DNA of 32,000 bases from Acaryochloris marina S15 (GCF_018336915.1 NZ_CP064925.1:180001-212000), one strand, 5' to 3'; shown: positions 1 through 9,788, numbered from the stretch's first letter. The notes: generated from the letters alone by a model not told the origin. A program made the numbers and translations.

Positions 1-3000
1 GTGATTTACCAGTCGAGTTGTCAGCTTATTGGCGTTCTTGTCCGCTGATATGTTTTTGTATATGTCGTGGTTCTTGTGAATGGCTAACAAGTACCGCTTA
101 TAATCTTCAGGTTCAGCCGATCTCATGTGGTCTGACGCTGAAATAAAGCGATGGGCATCGTTGATCGTTGCGCCGTTATCAGGTGACATACAGTAGCTGT
201 AAACCTCCATGTCCAGCCTTTCTTTAGGCATATCGCCGAATCGTTCTATAGCCTTCTTGGTAATAGCGTTGTACTGGGTTCTGTAGTGACGCTTAATCTC
301 AGCATCAGGCCTAACAGCATTTGCGATCGCAAGGTTATAGGCTTTCGGGCCAGCTTTCACAATTAGATCGTCCAGGCCTTTCCCTAGCTCTGGCTTCCAT
401 TGGGCAATCTTGCAGACAACGCCCCTAGTCTGCATTAGCTCTATTGTTCTCACCAAATCTCGACGCACATTTAGGATGCTCGATACCTTTGTGTCTTGGT
501 CAAAGGCAAAAGTGATTTGCCTACCCGGTTTAGCTAGTGCCTCACCGTACTCTGTTGGTTCACGTTGGGGCAGTCGTTTGTCATACTCATTCTTAGCCCT
601 GTATAAGGCAGTTACACCGGGTAGGCCTACGGTTAGGTGACCTTGACTCAAAGATGCCCATGTCTTTTTCAGGCCCTCAGTAATGACGATCGGTAGGTTA
701 TATTTGTCAGCTACATACCAAACCCCCTTAGACCGCTCCTCAGCAGTTGGACTGATGCCATTACGCTGATAAATTCGTTCCTCGATTGCCAAAGGTATCT
801 CAGGTAGAAAGACTTGTTGACCGGGTACTTTAGGCGTCTCGTATTTTATGATGTCGCCATCTTTGTCTAAGCGGGGGGTCTTAGGTTTCACTTGGCAATA
901 CTGGGATGGTTGAGGATTGCCCTCGATGACAGAGAGTAAATCAGTGCCACCATACCCGATCCATCCTCCCACCTCGGCAATGTGGCTGTACGCTTTCTCG
1001 TGGTCATACTGGGTATGGCCGTCAACGATGGAAGCTCGGTATAGAAGGCCCTTCATCTTGCCTGTAACCTCTTGTCCAGCCCCATACTTAGATTTAGTGA
1101 ATTCGGCTTCTAAGAGAGCGGCAACTAAAGGATTATCCCGGATGGAGCCATAAGGATCGGGGTTCTCACTTCGGAGATGATTCGAGGTCAATAGGTCGGG
1201 GTGAATACCGCTGTCCTTCATTTCCTTCCATGTATCCTCATCCAAGCCATAGGGCCGCTCTTCCTTGTCATAAGTTGGACTCCAGCCCGCATGAGGATCG
1301 AATAGTATCTCTAGTGCGTTCTCTTGAGCATAGGACTGTGCAACCCACTCTTGGAGCTTACTCAGGTCCTCAGTGAATACAGTCAGATACTTAGTCTTGT
1401 TCCTGGAGATAGCCACATAGAAGGATTCTTTGGCTGAGGTAGGATTAAGGCTAGCAATGTAGAGGGTTTCTGAGTTGGTACTACCTTGTGATCGATAGGT
1501 AGTCGTGGCCCAGTCATGATCTATCTGTAGGGGCTTGGCTAGGTCTAAGTGATGTACTCGGCCATGCTTATCTTTGACCGTTGCGATCTGATCTTTGATA
1601 TCGGTACAGGTCAAAAAAGCATTATTGTGGATATCCTTCTTCATGTTGGTTGAAGTGAACCGGAGCTTATCACCAACAGCAATCTGATTGCGCCTCGTCG
1701 TGTAAACCTGAGTTAGCTTATGCTCTGCAGGATTGATGGTGAAATGCCGACCGCCCGGTGACTGGACCTTAAGTTTTTTGCCCTCCACGGCCAAGACTTT
1801 ATAAGGGACATGGGTCTGAAGCTGGGTATAGAGCCTATGTTTCTTGTGCAGTACCAGTAAATCGCCCTTGTTGTAGTTCTCGGCCCGTTTCTTCTCGGCC
1901 TTGGAGAGGTTTCTTCTCTGGAGCTGAGTAAATTCAGTATCTTTGGTAAGCTGGCCTTCCTTGATAAGCTCGGCTCTTAGGAGTTTGGTAAAGCCAAACC
2001 GTTCTGCATTAGTCCCCACGACTACGAGGGTTTTGTCTCGGCGATGTTTAGGCTTCTCCATGTAATAGGCCACGGCACTTGTGAGCTTGGTTTCTGAGTC
2101 TTCGACCTCTCTGATATTTCCATTTTTTTCTAAAGCTCTCAGAGCCTCAACCCCGTGACCATCGGCGATAAGCTCAACGGCCCTAAGCTGTTCTTTGTTT
2201 TGCTGTCTAATGATTTGGTCGAGACGGTGAACGATTGCGCCTTTATTCATCAGCATTCGTACAGGTGCCCCTGCGGATATGGCGGCATTCTGCCCAGTGT
2301 CACCTACAAACCAGCACCTAGCCCCAACCTGTTCGGCTTTCTGGAGAATCTTCTCCATGTCCTCAGATCCAATCATGCCCGCTTCGTCAAATATCCAAAG
2401 CTGGTTTTTCCCTTCCGGTGGGGGACTGACAACAAAGCTGGCTATGGTTGTTCCTTCTAGTCCAAATGCCTCACTAATCTGATGTTTTGCATTGTGGGTG
2501 GGCGCAAAAACTTTAACATCCACATCTGGGGGTAATTGTTCCCTTGCAAGACCAAGAGCAGTTGTTTTACCCGTGCCTGCCAGTCCTTTTAGGATTTGGT
2601 ACTGATCCGAAAAGCTGAGTAAGCGTCTCATGGCTTCGGCCTGACCACTGTTTAGCATCGTGTCGCTAAAGTCAGCGGTTGGGTTCAGCGGGTCAACCTG
2701 GTTATCTGGGGATAGAACTATGTCTAAAATCCGTTGGTCCCTATCAACAGCGGCTTGGGTTGTGAGTCGGCCATCCCAGGCAGTAATCAGGTCCGGGTGT
2801 TTGGCAATCTCAGCATTTAAGGGCTTTTCGTCAAAACTTCGGAGGTGAGAGAACACAAACCGCTGTATGTCCTCGGCGTTGAATGAGGATTGATATTCTG
2901 TCAGGTGTGCTAATGCAGCGTCTAAAAGTTCTCGGGGTGTCTCTTGGTTTTCAGGCTTGATAGGTTGGTCAAATGGGGTTATGCCAGTGAAACCGACTGA

Positions 3001-3803
3001 GGCCATTTCTTCGCCCCATCGTTGCTGCTTATGTTCTAAAGTCTCTTTGCTGTCTTTGCCGATGCGAGTCTCAAAGGTAGCTTTCTGTCGATTTTTTGGG
3101 GTGTTGGCCCAACCCTTCTCTTTTAAGTAGTCTTCAATTTCAGTTGAGCGCTTACTGAATTGTTTAATCTGCTCATCGGTCACTCCTTCGAGGTCAAACC
3201 CGGTTTTTGTTTCGCGGATCTTATAGCCCAGCGCCTGGACCTTGAGAGCCATCTTCTGATCGTAGATGTCCCCTAAAACACTGCTTCTCGTTAGCAGCTC
3301 TTTGTAAAAAGCCCTGAATTCACCATCAGGGCATTGAGTTCCGTTGAATAAAACGACATGGGTATGCACATGCGGATCACCTGCCCTGCTTTCGTGGTGG
3401 TGGATAAGAGCAGCGGCGATGTTCCCAGTCTTTACGATTTGACGGTCATTGTTCTTCTGAATTCGGGCCGCTGCATATTCATCCTCAACGATTTGCATCA
3501 CTTCTTTAATGGCCTTGACATGGGCACCCCATAAACGGTGATCGCCGTTGGGTGCATGGATAGCCATGCTGAGGGATTTACCAGGAATCTTGAAGGTGAG
3601 GTCATAGGCTAAGCGTTCCTGGCCCTTACCCTTTACCTGGTTTCTAATTCGCCCCTTGCCTGGATAGTCCCCATAAAACAGCTTCGTAAATAGCTCAGCA
3701 GAGTAAGGGTCATTCGGTGCCATCCTGCCTATAAATTCGTTTTGAGTGATCCGCTGAATTTCCTCGTTTGGGCTGTAGTAGCTCTCTTCCTTGGTGTATA
3801 GCA

Positions 3804-4265
3804 CTACGGGAATATGTTAGTACACTCCTTAAAGGCAGCATCTACACAATCACGAAAAGTGTCAAACTCATCCCATCGCTGCTTCATCCAGTTTTTGAGT
3901 ACAAACCACCATCGCTCAATTTTGTTGAGATCAGGAGAATAGCTCGGTAGATACCAAATCTCACACCCTGCTTCAGCTACGATTTCTTCGATACTTTGTC
4001 CATGGTGAAAACTGGCATTATCAATCACGATAATATCGCCAGGGTGTAGCTGGGGCAGGAGACTCTGCTGTAACCACGCCTCAAATAACAAACGATTGCA
4101 AGACCCTTCGAAAGTCATCGGGGCAAATAACTGTCGCTCTTTGAGCGCAGCAATGAAACTGACTCGCTCTGTCCGCTTGCCTGATTTAAGGTCATAGAAT
4201 CGTTGACCAATGGGGCAATATCCATAGGGATAATCCGCTCGATTATCGATACCTGCTTCATCCAC
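3804..4265 (-). CDS. IS630-family transposase, C-terminal DDE_3 catalytic part
   Basis: VDEAGIDN...VIDNASFH...YLPSYSPDLNKIERWW is the DDE(D) signature of IS630/Tc1-mariner-like transposases. The frame is open upstream to the A8 run at 4354-4361. Confidence 0.85.
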   Translation of the reverse strand: MDEAGIDNRADYPYGYCPIGQRFYDLKSGKRTERVSFIAALKERQLFAPMTFEGSCNRLLFEAWLQQSLLPQLHPGDIIVIDNASFHHGQSIEEIVAEAGCEIWYLPSYSPDLNKIERWWFVLKNWMKQRWDEFDTFRDCVDAAFKECTNIFP

Positions 4266-4380
4266 ATAGACTATCTGGTGAGGATGTTTGGTCTGTAACC
4301 GCTCTATAAAGGCTTGGCGTTGCGTTTCATCCCGTTCTCGATAGCCATAGGTCTTTTTTTTCGACTCAATCCTAATTTCT

Positions 4381-4686
4381 TCAAGGCATCACTGATATTT
4401 TGCTGGGTGACATTATCACCCATAATTTAGCCATTTGGGCCTGAGTCTTTCCCCCATGCTCTTGAGCAAATTCACGAAAGCGCTCCCAATCTGTAATTTT
4501 GTGGCGAGCTCCTTGCTGGTAGTGGGTAATGGCCTGACAATCACCGGTCGATTCCTCTCGCGCTATCCATAAGTGCAAGGTGTTCCGACTGATGTTTAAC
4601 ATCCGGCATACGTCGACTTTCCGTTCTCCATTCTTGACCGCAGCAATCGCTTTGCAGCGAAGGTCATAACTATAAGGGGCTGGCAT
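4381..4686 (-). CDS. IS630-family transposase, N-terminal HTH part. The true start is MPAPYSYDLRCKAIAAV at 4686; the longer track ORF runs out through the IS end.
   Basis: MPAPYSYDLR...ISRNTLHLWI is typical of ISY100-type transposase N-termini. The frame is lost at TTATGGGTG (G3 run), where homologs would read LWGDNVTQQNISDALKKLGLSRKKK. Confidence 0.75.
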   Translation of the reverse strand: MPAPYSYDLRCKAIAAVKNGERKVDVCRMLNISRNTLHLWIAREESTGDCQAITHYQQGARHKITDWERFREFAQEHGGKTQAQMAKLWVIMSPSKISVMP

Positions 4687-4930
4687 ACTTCTGCAGTGAT
4701 AGCTTCTATTTATAGTACTAACACAGTTTCGTAGTGCTATAATACTTCGCACCGTCCTTAACGTTGGAATTGATGGTCGTGACATCTAGCATGATTTATC
4801 GAAAAAACCGATTCTTACCTTATTTATAGGAGTGTCACTGGGAAGACCAAAACTGAACATTAAAGCGCTCTGTTCAGATAGAAAGACATAGCACTCCTAT
4901 CTACGGATTTAGGCAATTTCAAATAAGCAC

Positions 4931-5476
4931 TTAGCTAAAATTAATTACATAATCATCGCCATAGGTTTTCAAAACTCTTTCCACATATTCGACCAAAGAT
5001 GACCACCCCCAGTAGGCACTCATTTCAATCCACTGATATTTCATGAATTGCCACAGACGCTCAATCAAATTTAGATGGGGAGAATAGCTTGGTAACTCAA
5101 ACAAGGTAATTCCCCGTTCGGCCCACTCTGCCTTCATCTCATAGATTGCTTGGCTCGTATGGATAGGGGCTTGATCCATCACAATGACGGTGGGCAACTC
5201 CACGTCAGTAAAGAAGGTATCAATGCAATGACTGACAACCTCACTGGTGATGGTCTGTTCTGATGTATAAGCATGTAGCCCTTGTCGTCGACTCAAAAAC
5301 CCCAGAACATTCAAGCGTTTACTTGAACGAGTTGGTATTTCCAGATAAGTCCCTATGGGTTGCCATCCGTAGGGAATACAGGGGACTAACGAAAAACCAC
5401 TCTCATCCATAAAGAATAGGTGGATGTCTCCCTTCTCTTCTTGTTTCTTGAGATGTTCTAACTGCTGTTTTTTTCG
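4931..5476 (-). CDS. IS630-family transposase OrfB (DDE_3), probably expressed as an OrfAB fusion by -1 frameshifting
   Basis: FMDESGFS...VMDQAPIH...ELPSYSPHLNLIERLW is the DDE signature. The OrfB frame is open upstream to the A7 run, reading RKKQQLEHLKKQEEKGDIHLFFMDESGF. Confidence 0.8.
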   Translation of the reverse strand, partial: RKKQQLEHLKKQEEKGDIHLFFMDESGFSLVPCIPYGWQPIGTYLEIPTRSSKRLNVLGFLSRRQGLHAYTSEQTITSEVVSHCIDTFFTDVELPTVIVMDQAPIHTSQAIYEMKAEWAERGITLFELPSYSPHLNLIERLWQFMKYQWIEMSAYWGWSSLVEYVERVLKTYGDDYVINFS

Positions 5477-5928
5477 AGGTAGTCGGCATATAAAGGCTGG
5501 CCTGATGTCCCTTGGCGAAAGCGATGCCAGCTCATATCCATCTGCTTCAAGACGCGTTTAACGGTGGCCTTTGACACGCGCACTGACCACTGCTGTTCAA
5601 TCTGAGCTAGCACCCGATTGAGTTGGATGGGAGATGCCTGAGTCCACTCATAAATCTGCTGTTGTTGGTCGGGATTAAACATCGGTTTTCGACCTCGGCC
5701 TGGGCGATTATAGAGTCCTGCAAAACCACGGTTATTCCAAGCCTTAAGCCAGTTGTACACGGTTTTAGGACTCACACTAAAAAGGGAGGCTAAGGTGTAG
5801 GGACTCCCACCCTGGGCAGACAAAATGAGGCAATGGGCGCGTTGTCTGACCTGATGATGGCGACTACAGCGATAAATCCGATGCAATAAGCGTAAGCTTT
5901 CGGTGGAGATAGGACGGACAATTGACAT
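5458..5928 (-). CDS. IS630-family transposase OrfA (HTH / winged-helix DNA-binding part)
   Basis: ATG at 5928. SPKTVYNWLKAWNNRGFAGL and RPGRGRKP are helix-turn-helix motifs typical of IS630 N-terminal domains. The ORF ends just after the slippery A_AAA_AAC sequence (T-run 5468-5474 on the + strand). Confidence 0.8.
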   Translation of the reverse strand: MSIVRPISTESLRLLHRIYRCSRHHQVRQRAHCLILSAQGGSPYTLASLFSVSPKTVYNWLKAWNNRGFAGLYNRPGRGRKPMFNPDQQQQIYEWTQASPIQLNRVLAQIEQQWSVRVSKATVKRVLKQMDMSWHRFRQGTSGQPLYADYLEKNSS

Positions 5929-6066
5929 CAAATCAATGGATGTAAAAAAGAGGACTCAGGTAGTTTACAACCTGGAAATTCTATGTAATTAATTTTGTCC
6001 ATCTGCTTAATTAGTAGACAAAGCAATTTAAAACCTCCAGTTTTAAAGCTTTAATGCACAAACCAA

Positions 6067-8574
6067 TCAAGAAAGTGATGCTAGATAGTTCCGAAGGCTT
6101 TGAGTATGGGGATGTTTACTCCCAAGTTTTTCCTCAAAAATGACTAGAGCTTTTCGATAAAGACCTTCTGCATCCTCATTTCTGCCTTGTTTTTGATAGA
6201 GTGCCCCTAAACACCACATAGATATAGCGACATCGGGGTGTTTGTTGCCCAAGAGCTTCTGTCTCATCTGTAGGGCTTGGACATAGAGGGGGTAGGCTTC
6301 TGAGTACCGTCCTTGGTTGTCGTAGAGTAAGGCCAGGTTATTGAGGCTAAGAGCGACATAGGGGTGTTCGTTGCCCAAGAGCTTCTGTGTCATCTCTAGG
6401 GCTTGGACAAAGAGGGGTTCGGCTTCTGAGTACCGTCCTTGGTTTTTGTAGAGTGCTGCCAGACTAAGGAGGCTAAGAGCGACATAGGGGTGTTCGTTGC
6501 CCAAGAGCTTCTGTGTCATCTCTAGGGCTTGGACAAAGAGGGGTTCGGCTTCTGAGTACCGTCCTTGGTTTTTGTAGAGTGCTGCCAGACTAAGGAGGCT
6601 AGTGGCGACAGAGGGGTGTTCGTTGCCCAAGAGCTTCTGGTACATCTCTAGGGCTTGGACAAAGAGGGGTTCGGCTTCTGAGTACCGTCCTTGGCTGTCG
6701 TAGAGTAAGGCCAGGTTATTGAGGCTAAAAGCGACATCGGGGTGTTCGTTGCCCAAGAGCTTCTGTGTCATCTCTAGGGCTTGGACAAAGAGGGGTTCGG
6801 CTTCTGAGTACCGTCCTTGGCTGTCGTAGAGTAAGGCCAGGTTATTGAGGCTAGTGGCGACAGAGGGGTGTTCGTTGCCCAAGAGCTTCTGGTACATCTC
6901 TAGGGCTTGGACAAAGAGGGGTTCTGCCTTCTCACACCGTCCTTGGTTGTCGTAGAGTAAGGCCAGGTTATTGAGGCTAGTCGCGACATCGGGGTGTTCG
7001 TTGCCCAAGAGCTTCTGTCTCATCTCTAGGGCTTGTGTATAGAGGGGTTCGGCTTCTGAGTACCGTCCTTGGTGGTTGTAGACTAAGGCCAGGTTATTGA
7101 GGCTACTCGCGACATCGGGGTGTTCATTGCCCAAGAGCTTCTGTCTCATCTGTAGGGCTTGTGTATAGAGGGGTTCTGCCTCCTCATACCGTCCTTGGTT
7201 GTAGTAGAGTCCTGCCAGGTTATTGAGGCTAGTGGCGACAGAGGGGTGTTCGTTACCGAATCTCTGTTGAGTCTGTTCCAGGCATTTTTGATACCAAGGC
7301 AAAGCCAATCCATAGTTCCCTTGCCCGTCATAAAATCGACCAATACCGACATAGGGCCAAATCAATTGATCATCACTGAGGTGGTCAATCCACTGTCTGG
7401 TTAGTTCCTCCAGATGGGGAATGCTGGCACTCATCCCTGCAATCACATCAATCGTTGGACTGTAATTAATACCCTGAGCAACACCAACCATTGCTGTGCA
7501 ATAAGCTGCTTGAAGGGATTCCCCTTTGTCAGTGCGCTCATTCAACTTAATCCGAAAGAACTCCTGCACAATTTGATGGAGTTGGTAGGTACTCTGTGCT
7601 ACTCGTTTGAGTAAGTTTCTAGCAATTAAACCTTCATCCCTGATGTCTTCCAGATCATCCTGATCCTGATCTGATAGACATCCTTCAACCAAATGCCAAG
7701 GAATAGGAGCAATTGCAAACATCCCTAATAGACAAGCGAGTTCTTGCTCTGCCTTACTTAGCTCTACCCAGCTTAACTCTAGAGCAGCAGCTACTCCTAA
7801 CTGAGCCGTCATTCCTGATTCTCTTGCTGTTAGTGCTTTAGCCTCAAGTCGCTTGGATTCAAGTCGCTCAATTAGTTTTTTAATAGACCAATCTGGCTTT
7901 TTAGCTAATGACCGTCCTAGCAGCTCTAGTCCAAGGGGCAGGTTACCGACCCAACCACACAAAGTTTTGGCATCTTCTAATTGAGATTGAACCCGTTGTT
8001 GTCCGATCAGCTTTTCTAGTAGTGTTAGTGCGCTCTCATTATCGAGTTCTTCCAGGCAAAGAGAGCGAACAGATCCACCAAAATCAAGTCGAGTGGTGAT
8101 CAGGACTTTGAACCGTGGGTTCGATAGAGGAAGACAGGAGGCAACAAGCTCATACTCAACCACATCGTCAACAACGATTAGGACCTCCCCTTGGGGCCAT
8201 CGTTGCCAAATGAAACTGACCTGGGCCTCTACTTCCAGATCATCTGGGGGTTTCATTCCCAGATGACTTTTAGAAAAATCAATAATCTGAGTGGTGATTT
8301 CTTGATCTCGCGACCGCAACCAACACACTCCACCCGAATAGAGATTTTGGATTAAGGACCGTTGAGCATATTTCCAAGCTAGTTCAGTTTTACCAATCCC
8401 TCCCATCCCTTCAAGTGCAGTGATAGCGATTCGCTGGTTACTTTGCAGTTGCTCATGCAGTTGCTTGATCTGGGAGTCTCGACCGACGAAGGTGACTGCC
8501 CCACTCGCTGGTAGGTTATTCGGTATATCGGTAAGGGGATGTAACTTTGTCCGGTCCCAGTCGGACGACTCCAC
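6067..8574 (-). CDS. STAND NTPase with an NB-ARC domain followed by about 10 TPR (TPR_10/12-type) repeats
   Basis: Walker A GMGGIGKTELA, Walker B LIVVDDV, KVLITTR, and GNLPLGLELLG (GLPL-like), all NB-ARC motifs. The 42-aa repeat LGNEHPxVAxSLNNLALLYxxQGRYSEAEPLFVQALEMxQKL occurs about 10 times. The annotated start is a GTG immediately after an in-frame TGA. Confidence 0.9.
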   Translation of the reverse strand: MESSDWDRTKLHPLTDIPNNLPASGAVTFVGRDSQIKQLHEQLQSNQRIAITALEGMGGIGKTELAWKYAQRSLIQNLYSGGVCWLRSRDQEITTQIIDFSKSHLGMKPPDDLEVEAQVSFIWQRWPQGEVLIVVDDVVEYELVASCLPLSNPRFKVLITTRLDFGGSVRSLCLEELDNESALTLLEKLIGQQRVQSQLEDAKTLCGWVGNLPLGLELLGRSLAKKPDWSIKKLIERLESKRLEAKALTARESGMTAQLGVAAALELSWVELSKAEQELACLLGMFAIAPIPWHLVEGCLSDQDQDDLEDIRDEGLIARNLLKRVAQSTYQLHQIVQEFFRIKLNERTDKGESLQAAYCTAMVGVAQGINYSPTIDVIAGMSASIPHLEELTRQWIDHLSDDQLIWPYVGIGRFYDGQGNYGLALPWYQKCLEQTQQRFGNEHPSVATSLNNLAGLYYNQGRYEEAEPLYTQALQMRQKLLGNEHPDVASSLNNLALVYNHQGRYSEAEPLYTQALEMRQKLLGNEHPDVATSLNNLALLYDNQGRCEKAEPLFVQALEMYQKLLGNEHPSVATSLNNLALLYDSQGRYSEAEPLFVQALEMTQKLLGNEHPDVAFSLNNLALLYDSQGRYSEAEPLFVQALEMYQKLLGNEHPSVATSLLSLAALYKNQGRYSEAEPLFVQALEMTQKLLGNEHPYVALSLLSLAALYKNQGRYSEAEPLFVQALEMTQKLLGNEHPYVALSLNNLALLYDNQGRYSEAYPLYVQALQMRQKLLGNKHPDVAISMWCLGALYQKQGRNEDAEGLYRKALVIFEEKLGSKHPHTQSLRNYLASLS
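6100..7300 (-). repeat. 126-bp tandem repeats encoding the TPR units, with near-perfect copies at the DNA level
   Basis: For example, 6361-6474 is repeated exactly at 6487-6600 (offset 126). Related units continue across about 6230-7260. Confidence 0.9.
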
Positions 8575-9000
8575 TCATGTTTTATTTACGGTGATAGAGT
8601 CAGCGGTATAGTTTTCTCCACCATAGTTGTTGATCTGCTTGTTTTGGTTTCCGTAATTTACCTGGATTGGAGCATGGCTATCTTGAATCACACATTGATT
8701 GATTTCTTGAGCAAGTGTCTGAAGTTCCTGAGCGAATTCCGGGGCTTCCCTCATCGCAATCTTCAGATAATCACCAATGGTTTCGATGGATTCGCTGTCT
8801 CCTTCGCCAGCCTTTTCAATTGCAGTTTCAACAGTTCTATTGCCTTTGAACTTGTCCACAATTTTTTTTCGCAACTGATCAATCAACCCAAAGGCTTGTT
8901 CAGCAAATTTCTTTCCAGTCTCAGAACCGACACCTTCAACAAACTTTTGGAAGGCAAGAGCAGAAATTACTGCGGCTGACAAGGTAATGGGTTCAGTCAT
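8575..9000 (-). CDS. 141-aa helical protein with a Q/N/G/Y-rich tail. It lies in the same frame as, and is contiguous with, the NB-ARC/TPR ORF, so it is probably the detached N-terminal module.
   Basis: It ends ...ATC ACC GTA AAT AAA ACA TGA | GTG GAG TCG..., so only one stop codon separates the two ORFs. The sequence is helix-rich (LSAAVISALAFQKFVEG, IDQLRKKIVDKF, EFAQELQTLAQEINQ), followed by VNYGNQNKQINNYGGENY. Confidence 0.7.
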   Translation of the reverse strand: MTEPITLSAAVISALAFQKFVEGVGSETGKKFAEQAFGLIDQLRKKIVDKFKGNRTVETAIEKAGEGDSESIETIGDYLKIAMREAPEFAQELQTLAQEINQCVIQDSHAPIQVNYGNQNKQINNYGGENYTADSITVNKT

Positions 9001-9310
9001 AGCGGTTTTAGGGCAGATATCAGTTAATTATCTGTTGGAATCCCTGAAAATACGCGAGTCTTCAACAAGAATTGAGGTTCAGAGGATAAGGGATGAAGGA
9101 TAAAACCAGCTTTGGTGCATTAACGCTTTAACTTTTTGAGCCTTCAATTAAGCATAGGTGCATTAGTTATTTAAAACTACAAGAATAATATTGCGGTATC
9201 GAAAATCATACGACATATACTCAGAAAAGACTTTAGAGATTTATAGGCTGTGCGCTAAGTCTTTAATTCGGAGTGTAGCGCTTTAATAGACAAAAACTCT
9301 CGCTCCTGAA

Positions 9311-9788
9311 TACTACATTAGCTCTACATTTGTGTGACAAGAAAAATTTTGTGTAGTACGTTTGAAATTTTCTGTAGCACTGAAAAGCACGATTTTGGAC
9401 TTTTGGCCCGATCCGAGAGGTAACCCCAAAGGATGGCGGTTAGCCGTATGCCCCCACCCCCGACTCCACAGACAAGATATGCAATCCCCGAAATCTTTTC
9501 CCCGTATGGCCTCCAGATAACACACCCCAGATAAAAGCCAGGATTCACCAAGTGAGACCAGCACGGATTTTTGTTGGTGCCACTTGGTGTAGTTTGGCGC
9601 TACTTGGTATCGATAATTCGCGAAAATGGGCGTTTTTTGTAGCTCAAACGTAGACACACAAAAGCTTTGAGGTCGTTTTGGGGCCATTTTTTCAGGTTTT
9701 TTAAAAAAATTTGGAAGTACTACAAAAAATTTCAAACGTACCACAATATTTCTGAGGAGACCACTACAAAAGGCTACAGAATGTAGTA
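9311..9788. repeat. Iteron array with a TGTAG(T/C)-type core in both orientations. Candidate parC-like centromere or plasmid iterons upstream of the actin-like ATPase gene.
   Basis: Cores at 9311 (TACTACA), 9352 (TGTAGTA), 9373 (TGTAGCA), 9588 (TGTAGTT), 9638 (TGTAGCT), 9719 (TACTACA), about 9763 (CACTACA), and 9782 (TGTAGTA). GTAGTACGTTTGAAATTTT (about 9354) and AAAATTTCAAACGTACCAC (about 9727) form a long-range inverted repeat. The region has no convincing ORF. Confidence 0.55.

Larger units (their letters stand above)
3801..4738 (-). mobile_element. IS630-family (ISY100-like) insertion sequence inserted in the relaxase gene
   Basis: Imperfect terminal inverted repeats: GCACTACGGGAATATGTTAGTAC at 3801 and the reverse complement of GTACTAACACAGTTTCGTAGTGC ending at 4738. 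TA dinucleotides flank both ends (3799-3800 and 4739-4740), as expected for IS630 target duplication. The element encodes HTH and DDE transposase halves. Confidence 0.85.
1..4792 (-). pseudogene. MobF (TrwC/TraI-type) relaxase fused to a RecD-like helicase and a C-terminal DUF3854/TOPRIM-like domain. The gene is interrupted by an IS630-family insertion (3801-4738), and its 3' end runs off the window.
   Basis: Manual minus-strand translation (codon high ends at multiples of 3) is open from 3816 down to base 1. The ORF is absent from the track only because it has no stop in the window. Three-His relaxase motif IAAALIHHHESRAGDPHVHTHVVLFN at about 3350-3420 (compare TrwC HETSRERDPQLHTH). Walker A KGLAGTGKTT at 2560-2586, and a Walker B-like IFDEAGM. 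C-terminal part has PIVITEGLKKT (about 676-690) and FAFDQD (about 493-501), typical of DUF3854/TOPRIM. Joining 4792-4741 to 3800 downward with one TA copy gives MLDVTTINSNVKDGAKYLYTKEESYYSPNEE, which resembles the TrwC N-terminus (MLSHMV...ASYYEDGADDYYAKDG). Confidence 0.85.
4926..6007 (-). mobile_element. Second, different IS630-family insertion sequence
   Basis: Terminal inverted repeats AGCAC..AAAATTAATTACATA (4926-4951) and TATGTAATTAATTTT..TGCT (5983-6007). TA flanks both ends (4924-4925 and 6008-6009). Two transposase ORFs overlap at an A7 run. Confidence 0.8.

Noticed and set aside
410-3950. Short + strand track ORFs (410..640, 917..1153, 2155..2460, 2279..2482, 2660..2848, 3768..3950)
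   Set aside because: All are antisense to the continuous relaxase-helicase frame on the minus strand, which has strong family motifs.
6100-7300. A CRISPR-like or other non-coding tandem array, suggested by the regular 126-bp periodicity
   Set aside because: The repeats are in frame and encode canonical 42-aa TPR units of the STAND protein. There are no unique spacers.
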